DNA of 64,000 nt from Convolutriloba macropyga (taxonomy: Eukaryota), in contig NC_134468.1 in NCBI RefSeq assembly GCF_964194025.1, forward strand, positions 38,254,001 to 38,318,000, written 5' to 3'. Positions within the stretch are counted from its first letter, which is position 1; each line of letters starts with the position of its first letter. Under the pieces are notes generated by a model. It was not told where the DNA came from and did not search any database. It was given only the letters and a program-made list of their open reading frames with translations. The translations under genes were made by a program, and so were the position numbers. Of this stretch, positions 13,245 through 24,321 are shown piece by piece.

Positions 13245-14664
13245 GTGTCACTTCAATTTATACTCCACCAATACGCTCTTATCTTAAGCAAACAAACTTC
13301 AATCTCTTAAGTAAACATTGCAACTTTAACTTTAAATCTATTATATTCTGTAGGAGGGCTTTGTTTGCTATGCAAACAACCCAATACCAAACTATGGTCT
13401 GTCATTCAACTGCTAGCAACCATTGTTCGTGTCAGCCAATTTTCGTGACCTACCAATTAGCCGTTGCGAGTCGTATGCAATTTGAAATTTTTTAGGGAGT
13501 CGTGGGTGCCGAAGCCCGAAAACTCCGAGTTCGTCAAAAATTGACCGGGGTGGGTATTTTTTGTCACTAATTGTCTCAGGTTATCATATTATTACCATTT
13601 CAAAGTCATTCGGCCACTCAAAAATGCCAATTTCCGGTTTTCGGCTCTCGGGTCGTATCGAAGCACCGACTTCCGTGCGCACACGGCAGTTAAGAATAGC
13701 ACCATTAGAAAGCCCTTGATAAGTTACACTAACCCTCCAAAAATCATAAAGCTACTACCAATGCTCCACGAGCAATTTAAATTTTACGTCTCGCAGCACC
13801 GGCGTGTGCTAGTTCCGTGCGGGTGTGTCTGGGGTCAAATCCGACTTCAAAATCTGATTCCTCGTACCCAAATTAGTCTATCTCCCAATTTTGAAGTCAA
13901 TCCGACTTCAACTTTTAGAGAAATTACTCTTTCAATTTAAGTGTTAACTGTCTTCCGGTAAAAACAGCCTATTTACCGCAGAATACCCAAAATGATCCTA
14001 ACTCCTTATCCATGATCATCTCATACAGTACTCTGGACTTGATACCCATTGCAACCCTTAACTAGCTTTATATCATACTCAAACAGTCATTTTTCCGTTC
14101 AAAATATCGAAAACCTTCAGATCACGCCATTTCCGGTGCTAATAACTCGGAGTTGGGTGGTCAGATTGGCCGAAAAGCTATACCAGCCTGAAAGGACCAT
14201 TGGGTGTACCTGACATTAAAATTTCATAAGCGTCCGCTTAATTTAACTCCCACATTTGCAGGGCACCAAGTTCTGCTATCCCCTTATCTTTGTCACTTAA
14301 AAATAGCACATTAGTTTACTTCAAGTTGAGTTTCCAATTCTGTTCAAAGAATCTAGTTCACTTCAAACCTTCGCTCTCTAGTTTACCTAAATCACTCACT
14401 AGTTTACTTAAATCAATTGGCCTGATGCACAAATACAACTTTGCTAATTCAACTAAATATATCGGCAGCTCAATTTGCTTTTGTTCATTAATTTGTTTGT
14501 TTAAGATATATCACTCAAATCCCCTCTCTGGCGCCTTCGAAACAATGAACCTTTAATAAAGAAAGTTTATTTCGAACACTTAATTAACTTGTCTAATTTG
14601 ACATAATTTATATATCTTACTCTCCCTCTCCCATGTCGTTTTACAAAAATTAAGGACTACTACA
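12682..14664 (-). repeat. 3' LTR (1983 bp)
   Basis: TG...CA ends; highly similar to 16783-19277 but lacks the 17500-18083 segment. Confidence 0.95.
13159..13241. repeat. (TC)n microsatellite in the LTR; shorter copy at 17260-17312
   Basis: Read directly; both copies share one G interruption. Confidence 0.97.
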
Positions 14665-14678
14665 CTCCTCCCTCCTAG
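14665..14678 (-). promoter_or_regulatory. Polypurine tract
   Basis: The minus strand reads CTAGGAGGGAGGAG immediately before the TG of the 3' LTR. Confidence 0.85.
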
Positions 14679-15161
14679 ATTATCATTCTCCCGAATAATT
14701 GCAAGCCGTTATACTGTGACCCAATTGACTCACTCCTACGTAGTTCAAAAATAGTTGACCCAGTGAAGTGAACCACTTAGCTTTAGTTCCGGTTTAATAT
14801 AAAGTAACTGCACTAAAATTTGAATAGCTTTTGATGAAATCAGATTTGAAAACAGTTTTGCATTTCCAAATTTAGCATAATCTACCTAATTCATCAACAT
14901 TGATTTTTGACCAAACTCTATTGCCTTTGAAATACATCCTCCCCGGGGAACCCTTAAATCACTTAAAATAAAAAAAATCTAAAAATAGATCTACCAGAAC
15001 TACACATTTCCCTCAATAATCTTTTTTTTTGAAAAAACTTCGTAGGACTATAGTGTTTGATCAACTTGTCCTAATAAGTCAAATTAAAATAATATAGGCA
15101 AAATTTGGTTGAAAAGGCTGGAATAGCTTAGCTGTCATCGTCCCTCTCATCATACACTCGT

Positions 15162-16625
15162 TCACCTGTACATGAAAACCTTCTTCCTTAGATGCTTGAA
15201 TGGATGTCCACCTCTTCTTCCGCTGTAGCTACCATTTCTCCTGTAATCATGCCATGACTGCTGTCTTGATGCTTCCAAACGGCTCCATCTCTCCTTCTGG
15301 CTCAACGATCGTTTCTTCAGCAACAGCTTTGCAATCTCTGTAAATCGTGATGCAATCCTTCTCTCCACTTTCTGCTCAACTTGCATCAAAAACCTGCAGG
15401 AATCCTCCCTCCTAGGCTGTTGATCATCACGAAACCAACTGTACAAAACTGTAGTCATTGAAATGTGATCGGATTTCCATGTGCTGACAACTCCAGCACT
15501 TTGCCTTTGATGCTCCTCCGTTGGTTCGACAAAAACACTATCACATAGCTGACTTTCATGCAATTGCGATTGCGCCCATTTCTCCAACTCCTTTCCCATC
15601 TGTGCAAAATTACTTCGGTCAACTGCTGTCTTTTTGTTTTGGCCCTTCTGTCTTTCAGATACCAGCTGACGATCAATTCCTCCTGGACTGGTCCAATTCT
15701 CCAAAGTGTCCACAGTGCACTCAGTTTTACACATTTGTGTCTCATCAGCCACGTGTGTTGCATTGCAGAGCTTCTGGTCCACACCTCCTGTCTTTAACTC
15801 CATCAAGGCCCAGGCTCCCAATATATCGTCTCTGCTAGCTTTGACACCACCACCAAAATCGCTCGCTATTGCAGTTACGTTGTCGCATGCTACTGAGTTC
15901 AAACTCGCGGCAAAACCTGTCTCGCTTCTCGCATCGTTGACATTAAATTCCTCTACATCCGAAAAACCTGTATCCGAAATATCCTCAAACAAATTGTCAT
16001 CATCCGACTGTTCATCGCTTAGCTCATCAGACTGTACATGTCCGTCACCTGGAATTCTTACCCTACTACCACTCTCAGCAATGCTCATATCTTCCACTTC
16101 TCCAGACAGATCTTTACCGAAAGCTCCCTTTCTTGACAAACCACAGCTGGACCCAATGCCAAACCCTTCAGAACTTCTGCCAGGTTGCCGAAATTGATCA
16201 ATTAAAGAAACGCCAGCGCTATTTCTTGTATCAATCACCTGCCTTTGAGAACACTGCTGTCGCGTTCTCTGACCTGCAGTATCACTTGGTTCACTGAATT
16301 CCGTCCTATTTCCCTTTTTTCCTCCAATAAACAAACTGTAGCTTCGCTCATAAAAAAGTGGATAGTCAGACAATCGTATGTCAAACTGATACAGCGTCTC
16401 GGTCAGTGTCCATGCTTGCTTCTCTAGAGTCGACCGCCAATAACCTCTTGGTAAATCACTTACTGCATTCAAGGCCCAACCACACAATTTTTTAGGCAAC
16501 CACTTCATTATCTCTTCTTCCGTCCATCCCAGCTTCATACCAGTGCTCAAGTAATGTTCACGCCAATCTTCCCAAAATTCGTAGCCTGGTGAAGGAAAAC
16601 GCTTAACCAATTGATAACCAAACAT
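15162..16625 (-). CDS. Gag-like protein (~487 aa from ATG 16625; the ORF track starts at TTG 16631)
   Basis: The only long intact ORF in the window, sense to the element and just downstream of the PBS. The N-terminal WEDWREHY...GWTEEE..KWLPKKLCGWA resembles Ty3/Gypsy capsid N-domain helices. WFRDDQQPRREDSCRFLMQVE resembles the major homology region. It has an Arg-rich tail, and no CCHC, protease, RT or integrase motifs. Confidence 0.7.
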   Translation of the reverse strand: MFGYQLVKRFPSPGYEFWEDWREHYLSTGMKLGWTEEEIMKWLPKKLCGWALNAVSDLPRGYWRSTLEKQAWTLTETLYQFDIRLSDYPLFYERSYSLFIGGKKGNRTEFSEPSDTAGQRTRQQCSQRQVIDTRNSAGVSLIDQFRQPGRSSEGFGIGSSCGLSRKGAFGKDLSGEVEDMSIAESGSRVRIPGDGHVQSDELSDEQSDDDNLFEDISDTGFSDVEEFNVNDARSETGFAASLNSVACDNVTAIASDFGGGVKASRDDILGAWALMELKTGGVDQKLCNATHVADETQMCKTECTVDTLENWTSPGGIDRQLVSERQKGQNKKTAVDRSNFAQMGKELEKWAQSQLHESQLCDSVFVEPTEEHQRQSAGVVSTWKSDHISMTTVLYSWFRDDQQPRREDSCRFLMQVEQKVERRIASRFTEIAKLLLKKRSLSQKERWSRLEASRQQSWHDYRRNGSYSGRRGGHPFKHLRKKVFMYR

Positions 16626-16761
16626 AATCAAACTATTGGTAATCCAAATTGCAAATGTAACTCAACTTTCCGTGCGCTCTCAGCAGTTTCGCCGAAGAAA
16701 AGTATCGCAAGTTCTCCAAATTATCAGAAAATAATCTACAGCAAAAAGTAACAAAGAAACG

Positions 16762-16781
16762 AAGCCCACCCAGGAGCGCCA
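16762..16781 (-). promoter_or_regulatory. Primer-binding site, tRNA-Asn-like
   Basis: One nt after the 5' LTR the minus strand reads TGGCGCTCCTGGGTGGGCTT. Its complement AAGCCCACCCAGGAGCGCCA resembles the 3' end of animal tRNA-Asn(GUU) (GAGCCCACCCAGGGACG-CCA). Confidence 0.8.
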
Positions 16782-16782
16782 C

Positions 16783-17257
16783 TGTCGTCTTCTGAAATTG
16801 TAACTAGGCTCAACAGTGAGGGGACTCTGTCGCCCAGAAGATCGATCAAATAATATAAACCAAAGGTTTTGAGTTAGTGAAGCAAGCGTTACTTCGTTAC
16901 TCTGCAATTTCCCCTCTTCCACTCTTGTATGCTTTTGCCAATTAGATTGCCTTGAAATAAGTTAATTCACAATTGAGCTCGTAATATCAATTCTAGTTAT
17001 ATGGATAACAAACGTAAGAGAATTACTTGCACATCAATGGAAAAGACAAATTCAAGACAATTTATAATAGTAATTAAAATAATATTACCAATACCGTGGT
17101 TCACTTTCCCAAAATGAACTAGACCAAAAACGCTCACAGTATCCCAACTGGTCTTGCGATTACAATTCTTTTAAAGTTTAGTCCCACTAAACCAACTACT
17201 TTCTCTCGCTTGTTCTAAACCAAACTTCTGAAGTTCTCCCAAAATCACCAAAGTCTG

Positions 17258-17312
<55 letters not shown>

Positions 17313-19277
17313 TCTGTGTCACTTCAATTTATACTCCACCAATACGCTCTTATCATATGCAAACAAACCTCAATCTCTTAAGTAAACATTGCAACTTTAA
17401 CTTTAAATCTATTACATTCTGTAGGAGGGCTTTGTTTGCTATGCAAACAACCCAATACTAAACTATGGTCTGTCATTCAACTGCTAGCAACCATTGTTCA
17501 ACTTTCTCCTTATCTTAAATAAACGACCTTTGGACTCTTATGTAAACAAATCCACTCCAATTTATCTCGTATATGCACTTGACATTTCAATCAGTGTTTG
17601 CTTAGTAAACATTGAAAGTTGCTCTGAAAATTACTTATTCCTTTATTTCCGCTATCAATTTAACTAGATGCAATCAATACCTGTCAAAAATCATGCGTTA
17701 AATAAATAACTAAACTCAACCCTAAACCAAAGACCAATTGTAATTTCCAATTTTGAAACAATTTCAAGCAATTCCCCAGTTAAAAACCGCCGAAAAGTCT
17801 AATATTCCTAAAAGCCCAAAATTTCACCTCTAGGGATCATCCAAAGGTCACCCGACCAAAATGATAAAGTTGAAAACTAACTATTGTCACGGAAAGTTCT
17901 CTCATATTTGCACCTGCTCACAAAATTTCGTGGCATAACTCCCACTAGAACACGAGCAATGAATGCGCACATTTTTCAACGACCTCCCGGTTCACCCCAA
18001 ATTTCCGTACCTAATAACTTGCGAAGTAGTGTTCAAAACGTCTTCGGGTAAAAGTTTCTATTAAATATAGGGTGCCATCAACTTGTCAGCCAAGTTTCGT
18101 GACCTACCAATTAGCCGTTGCGAGTCGTATGCAATTTGAAATTTTATAGGGAGTCGTGAGTGCCGAAGCCCGAAAACTCCGAGTTCGTCGAAAATTGACC
18201 GGGGTGGGTATTTTTTGTCACTAATTGTCTCAGGTTATCATATTATTACCATTTCAAAGTCATTCGGCCACTCAAAAATGCCAATTTCCGGTTTTCGGCT
18301 CTCGGGTCGTATCGAAGCACCGACTTCCGTGCGCACACGGCAGTTAAGAATAGCACCATTAGAAAGCCCTCGAAAAGTTACACTAACCCTCCAAAAATCA
18401 TAAAGCTACTACCAATACTCCACGAGCAATTTAAATTTTACGTCTCGCAGCACCGGCGTGCGCTAGTTACGTGCGGGTTGGTATCGTACACAAATTAGTC
18501 TATCCCCCAATTTTGAAGTCAATCCGACTTCAACTTCTAGAATAATTACTATTTCAATTAAACTGTTAACTGTCTTCCGGTAAAAACAGCCTATTTACCG
18601 CAGAATACCCAAAAGTGATCCTAACTCCTTACCCATGATCATCTCATACAGTACTCTGGACTTGATACCCATTGCAACCCTTAACTAGCTTCATATCATA
18701 CTCAAACAGTCATATTTCCGTTCAAAATATCGAAAACCTTCAACTCACGCCATTTCCGGTGCTATTAACTCGGAGTTGGGTGGTCGGATTGACCCAAAAG
18801 GTATACCAGCCTGAAAAGACCATTGGGTGTACCTGACATTAAAATTTCATAAGCGTCCGCTTAATATAACTCCCACATTTGCAGGGCACCAAGTTCCGCT
18901 ACCTCCTTATCATTGTCACTTCAAAATAGCACATTAGTTTACTTCAAGTTGAATTTCCAATTCTGTTCAAAGAATCTAGTTTACTTCAAATCTTCGCTCT
19001 CTAGTTTACTTAAATCACTCACTTCGATTTTGGCCTGATGAACAAATACAACTTTGCTAATTCAACTAAATATATCGGCAGCTCAATATGCTTTTGTTCA
19101 TTAATTTGTTTGTTTAAGATATATCACTCAAATCCCCTCTCTGGCGCCTTCGAAACAATAAACCTTTAATAAAGAAAGTTTATTTCGAACACCTAATTAA
19201 TTTGTCTAATTTGACATAATTTATATATCTTACTCTCCCTCTCCCATGTCGTTTTACAAAAATTATGGACTACTACA
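16783..19277 (-). repeat. 5' LTR (2495 bp)
   Basis: TG...CA ends, adjacent to the PBS, homologous to 12682-14664. Confidence 0.95.
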
Positions 19278-20025
19278 TTAGTCAACCAGTAGACAAGAGG
19301 ATGACCACCAGTAAGAGTCAAGCAAGAGGATGACCACCAGTAGGTTAATCGGAACCAGAAATGCAATGACTTCACGTTATTTGTTTCTGTGAAATCTTTT
19401 TTCTTATTATTTTGTTTTTATTTGAAAAGGCTTGTTTAGAACGATAGTTTGTAAAAAACATCTACTAAATAACTATTTGTTTGAAACTTATTTTTTGCAA
19501 GATGTTGCAAAGAAGGCATTTTAGAGAACGTTCTTGCATGAAATTATATTTTTTTGTAGCTCAAAAATGCGGCTAAAAGTGGTTTTTTTTCAAAATTACA
19601 TAATAGAAAGGGAAAGTTTTTGGAAAATTATATTGTGATCAGGAAAAAACATTCTGAAAACAGATTAAAAAAAAGGAACATTGTCACGACGTTATTTTTT
19701 CAAAAACGAATCTTCGAAGACAAAAACATTCAAAAAATGTAACTTTCAAATCGTTTTTTTAATGAAGTTTCGTATCAAAAAGACGCTGAAATATCTTTTT
19801 TTATCAAATTTTTAAACAAAAATCCACGTATTTGGAAAAAAATAACACACAATTTTTATTGCAGAAACTTAAAATTATATTCGCCATGCTCACTACCTAT
19901 TCTTCCAAACACGCTTATTTTGAAACACGGTCCTTAACCATTTTGAAAATTCAAGCATTTTTAAATGATGCCGATTTCAGGTTGAAATGTTTTCACAATT
20001 GATTTTTTAATCATTTTTGCGAGTT

Positions 20026-22444
20026 TTTTCGACAGAAATCAACTTAAATTTGATATAAAAATTAAATATTGGATAAATTATTGGCCAAATAAAATCCTGA
20101 AGGGCTAATTTTTTTTTGAAGCAGATGCTGGAGCCAAATTTAAGTTAACAATGAAAACAACTAATGAAAATGTGAAACTTTAATTATGCCAAAATTATGT
20201 AGTGCAAATTTGCGCTCTCACGAGGACAAATCATTGTTTAGGCATAAAAAAATTTTCTATCCAATTCAAGTCAACAACATTGCCAGGTTTGTTTTTGCAA
20301 ACATAAAACGCTATCAGTATGGCAGGTTTTCATGCATAAGACATTGTCGGTACATTCAGTTTCTGACAAAAAAAATTTCATCATGCTTGTGTCCGAACCA
20401 AAAGATATCACGCAAAATACTTTTTCCATTTGTTCATATCAGAAACTTCTGAATTTAAACAAACAATGTAGTCCTGTTCGAGTGGTCAACAGTTCGATAC
20501 GTTTCGCATAAAAAACAGCCTAATACATTTGGATATAAAATGCATAAAAATGACAAATAAGTCTCAGATAACTCTTTGCAGAACTTTGCGTAGTAAAATA
20601 GTGAGCCGACCAAAGAGGCAAGTACAGGCAGCGCGCACGGGAATTTTAAAGGGACATTAACCGGCACGGATAATTATTCTCCTAGTCAATTTCAATACGC
20701 AACTTTTTTTATAGTTGCTGCAATGGCTTAGAATTTAGTATAATGGCCATGTATTAGGCATATGTATTAGGATTAGGCATAGCTGGATTGTATTGGGTAT
20801 AGCTGCCATGTGTTATGATTAGACATTGGCTATAGTCATCCAATTTGCAATGATGCACCTATGTATTGAGATAGGAAAACATTTTCACGTATGTTTATTC
20901 GTTATATCAAGTATGACTTATGTGCTATTAAGTCATCTTTGAAAGCAATTTTCGACGGAATATAATTTAAATTTGATATTATAAATAAATATCAAAAAAC
21001 CAATTATACGCAAAACATAAAACCTGAAAGAATAGTTTTTTCGAAGTTGATAATGTAGCCAAATTTCAGTTAACCTTGGAATATAAAAAATAGGTATATT
21101 TTTGCGATATGATTATGCCAAAATTATGTAGTGCAAGCTTGCGCACTCATGAGAACAAATCATTGTTTAACCATAGAAAAATTTGCTGTGCAATTCAATT
21201 TAACGCAATTGCCAGGTTTGTTTTTGCAAACATAAAGCACTTTCAGTATGGCAGGTTTTTAAACATAAGATTTTGTCGGTACTTTCAATTCCTGACGAAA
21301 AAATTTCTATCATGCTTGTGTCCGAAACAAACGATATCACGCAAAATACTTTTTCCATTGGCTCATATAAAAAAATTTTGAATTTAAACTAACAAAGTTG
21401 TTCTCTACGAGTGGTCAACAGTTTGATGCATTTCGCATAAAAAACAGCATGATACCTTTGCATAAAAAATGCATAAAAATGAAAAATAGGTCTCAGATAA
21501 CGTTACAGAATTTTTCGTAGTACTATAGCGAGCCGACCAAAGAGCCAAGTAAAGGCAGCTCGCACGGAAATTTTAAAGGGACATCAACCAGCACGGATAA
21601 TTATTCTCCTAGTCAGTTTCAATACGCAACAATTTTTTTTATAGTCGCTGCAATGTTTTAGGATTTAGTATAACGGCCTTGTATGAAGCACATCTATTAC
21701 GATTAGGCATATTTGTCTTGTGTTAGGTATAGCTGCCATGTATTATGATTGGATATCGGCTATACTCATCCAATTTCCAACGATGCACCTATGTCTTAAG
21801 ATAGGAAATGCTTTTCACGTATGTTTAGTTGTTTTATCAAGTATGACTTATGTGTTATTTAGTCATTTTTGAAAGCAATTTTCGCCGGAAATTTATTTAA
21901 ATTTGATATTATAATTCAATATCAAAAAACAGAATATACGCAAAACACAAAACCTGAAGGAATAGTTTTTTTGAAGTTGATGTTGCAGCCGGATTTAAAT
22001 TAACCTTGAAATAATAAAAATGGGAAATTTTTTTCAATTTCGTTATGCCAAATTTACGTAGTTCATTTTGCCCAAGTGTGAGTACAATTCATTGTCTCAG
22101 CGTAGAAAATTTTGCTGTCCAGTATAAGTCAAAAACGTTACCGGATTTGTCTTGCAAACAAAAACCAAAATATCTAAGTATGATAGGTTTTCAGACATAA
22201 GACTTTGTTAGTACTTTCAGTTTTGGACTGAAACAATTTTCAGAATTGCTTGTGTCCAAACAAAAGGATTTCACGCAAAAGGCTCAGCTCATTCCATTTG
22301 TTCATATTAAAAACTATTAGGTTTAAACTAACAAAATTATCCTGTACAAGTGGTCAACAGGCGTGATACATTCTGCATAAAAATTGATAGTAAAAATTTA
22401 CATCAAAACAATAAATAGGTCTCAGATAATTGCACAGAATTTTG
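20026..22444. repeat. Tandem array of ~925-bp units (flank segment plus shortened Polinton TIR)
   Basis: Units start at ~20026, ~20950 and ~21879. ORFs 20186 and 21109 are paralogous readings of the same unit. 20590-20934 and 21517-21864 match the outer tip and the inner third of the TIR at 22445-23351. Confidence 0.85.
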
Positions 22445-23351
22445 AGTACTATTATAGTGAGCTGACCAGCACGACTGGGTGACTGAGGACCCCATGCATC
22501 AAGACAAAGTATAGCGTTTTGATACCCTGTCCTAAAACCTGGAGGGTTAACCTAATATGTAAACCTTTACCAAATCTTTACACATGGGTTCCATGTTTTA
22601 AGATTAGGTATAGCGCTGATAATGTATTAAAATTAGCTATAGCTGCCGCAATGTATCAAGATAAGGTATAGCGGTCTCAATGTAAAGAGATTGGGTATAG
22701 CTGCAGCAATGGATTAAGATTTGGCATAGCCGCTGCAATGTATTAGGGTTGGGATTAGGCGCCGAAATGTCTTATGATTAGCTATAGCCACTGAAATGTC
22801 TTGATATTATGTACAGCCGCCACGATGTATTGAGATTAGGTATGGCCACAGCAATGTATTAAGATAAAGATTAACTACCGCAAGGTATTGGGATTAAGCA
22901 TAGATGCTAGTAGTTCAGTGTGAGTACAGCAGCTGCATTTTTGTGGCCCCGTCATTGACCCATTTTCATACATTAGACGGGCAGTGGACTTGCACAGGCA
23001 GTCCACAGGGGAAGTTTACAGGCACGAGCATTGTACAGGCAGCGCGCACGGGGATTGTAAAGGGATATTAATGCACATGGGTAATTATTCTTCCAGTCAG
23101 TTTCAATATGCTACAAATTTTTGGTATAGCCGCAGCAATGACTTAAGATTATGTATAGCCGCCATGTTTTAGGCATATTTATTAAGATTAGACATAGCTG
23201 TCATGTATCAAGTTAAACTGCCATGTAAATGGATTAAGTATAGGATATATTGACCCATATTCCACAGATGAACCTATGTATTAAGATAGGAAATGGTTTT
23301 GACGTATGTTTATTGGTTATTTTAAGTATGACTAATGTGTCATTTAGTCTA
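22445..23351 (+). repeat. Left TIR (~0.9 kb) with a 29-bp tandem array at ~22601-22905
   Basis: atagtgagctgaccagca, gaccccatg and ggaaatggttttgacgtat...tttagtcta match the reverse complement of 41816-42596. The array consensus is agattaggtatagccgccgcaatgtatta, about 10 copies. Confidence 0.9.
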
Positions 23352-23639
23352 ATCGTGTTCATAGAGGTAAAAAATGTCAACCTCTTAAAAACAAATGAAA
23401 TAAAACCGTACAAAATAAAGACACAATACAAATTGCGTAGGTCAAATTAAGGAATCACTACAACTTTTACATCAAATCAGTATCAAAATAACTGAAAATC
23501 GAGGCACAATTAGCCAAGTGGGTTAAAAAATCGATAATATGAAAAAAATAAGTAGCTATCTAAGCAGTTTGGACAACTGTTAAAAAACAAAAATCAATTT
23601 CATTATCCATCAGCTTAGGGAATCCAGCAGTACCTGACT

Positions 23640-23960
23640 TTACATATAATTAATAATAAAATTCAACACATGGACATCCTGGGCCTTGTTCAAGTTTGTT
23701 TGCAAAAGTTGAACAGATTAAATGCAGCTTGAATTGTGTAGAATCTACATCAAAACTGCTTTTTCTCGAGTGGTGTGTGTATTTTCTTCTGATACTTTTT
23801 ATTCAAATATTTATAATGTGTGTCTGAACATCCTAGAGATTCCGCGTAGTAGTGCTTCCTATAAAGACGACCATTCATTATCCATTGTTCAGCAACCTCA
23901 CTGCTTGGGGAAGCGTTAATGGTTGCTCTGGAATGCGCTCAATAATGACACGAGAGGATG
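23640..23960 (-). pseudogene. Adenain-like (C5) cysteine protease relic
   Basis: Translates as INASPSSEVAEQWIM...YYAESLG...CRFYTIQAAF...VLNFIINYM*, matching the IN...GEHW / YFxDSLG / CGxY pattern. The catalytic His position reads Gln. Confidence 0.75.
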
Positions 23961-24321
23961 TTGTACCCATGAAAAATACGCTTTATGTCCTTTGTTTCAC
24001 CAGCACCCTTTGTACAAGGATTCCAGACAGAACAATCAAGTTGAAAGCGTTCGTTCTGTTGAGTGACGCAATAATTTTTGGATTTTCTGATTTTGTCGAC
24101 TGTTTACTTCTGGGAACTGAATTAAAAAACAAAGTCAAAGAAAAATTTAAAAAAAAAAAGAATAAACATAAAAATTTAAAGTTGGTCCACTCTAGATGAC
24201 TACCGTGAAAAAAATACTTGATATAAAGAACGGCAGCCAGATGTGGAAGAAGTAAAACCTACAAAAATTTCAATGTAGAGAGCAAGATTATAAAAATCGT
24301 TTAGAAATGGTGCAAAAAATC

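Larger units (their letters stand above)
12682..19277 (-). mobile_element. Complete non-autonomous (gag-only, no pol) LTR retrotransposon, Ty3/Gypsy-like
   Basis: Direct repeats 12682-14664 and 16783-19277 both start TGTCGTC and end CTACTACA. A perfect 5-bp TSD TTAGT lies at 12677-12681 and 19278-19282. PBS and PPT are correctly placed for minus orientation. The internal region is only ~2.1 kb. Confidence 0.95.

Noticed and set aside
15455-16427. Overlapping ORFs 15455(-), 15521(+), 15558(+), 15706(+) and 16245(+)
   Set aside because: These are shadow frames of the GC-richer Gag-like ORF and carry no independent motifs.
16760-16782. tRNA gene
   Set aside because: Only ~20 nt of 3'-end similarity including CCA next to an LTR, with no cloverleaf; it is a PBS.
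22601-22905. 29-bp periodic array as a CRISPR array
   Set aside because: The units are head-to-tail with no unique spacers, there are no cas genes, the context is eukaryotic, and the array is mirrored in the opposite TIR.
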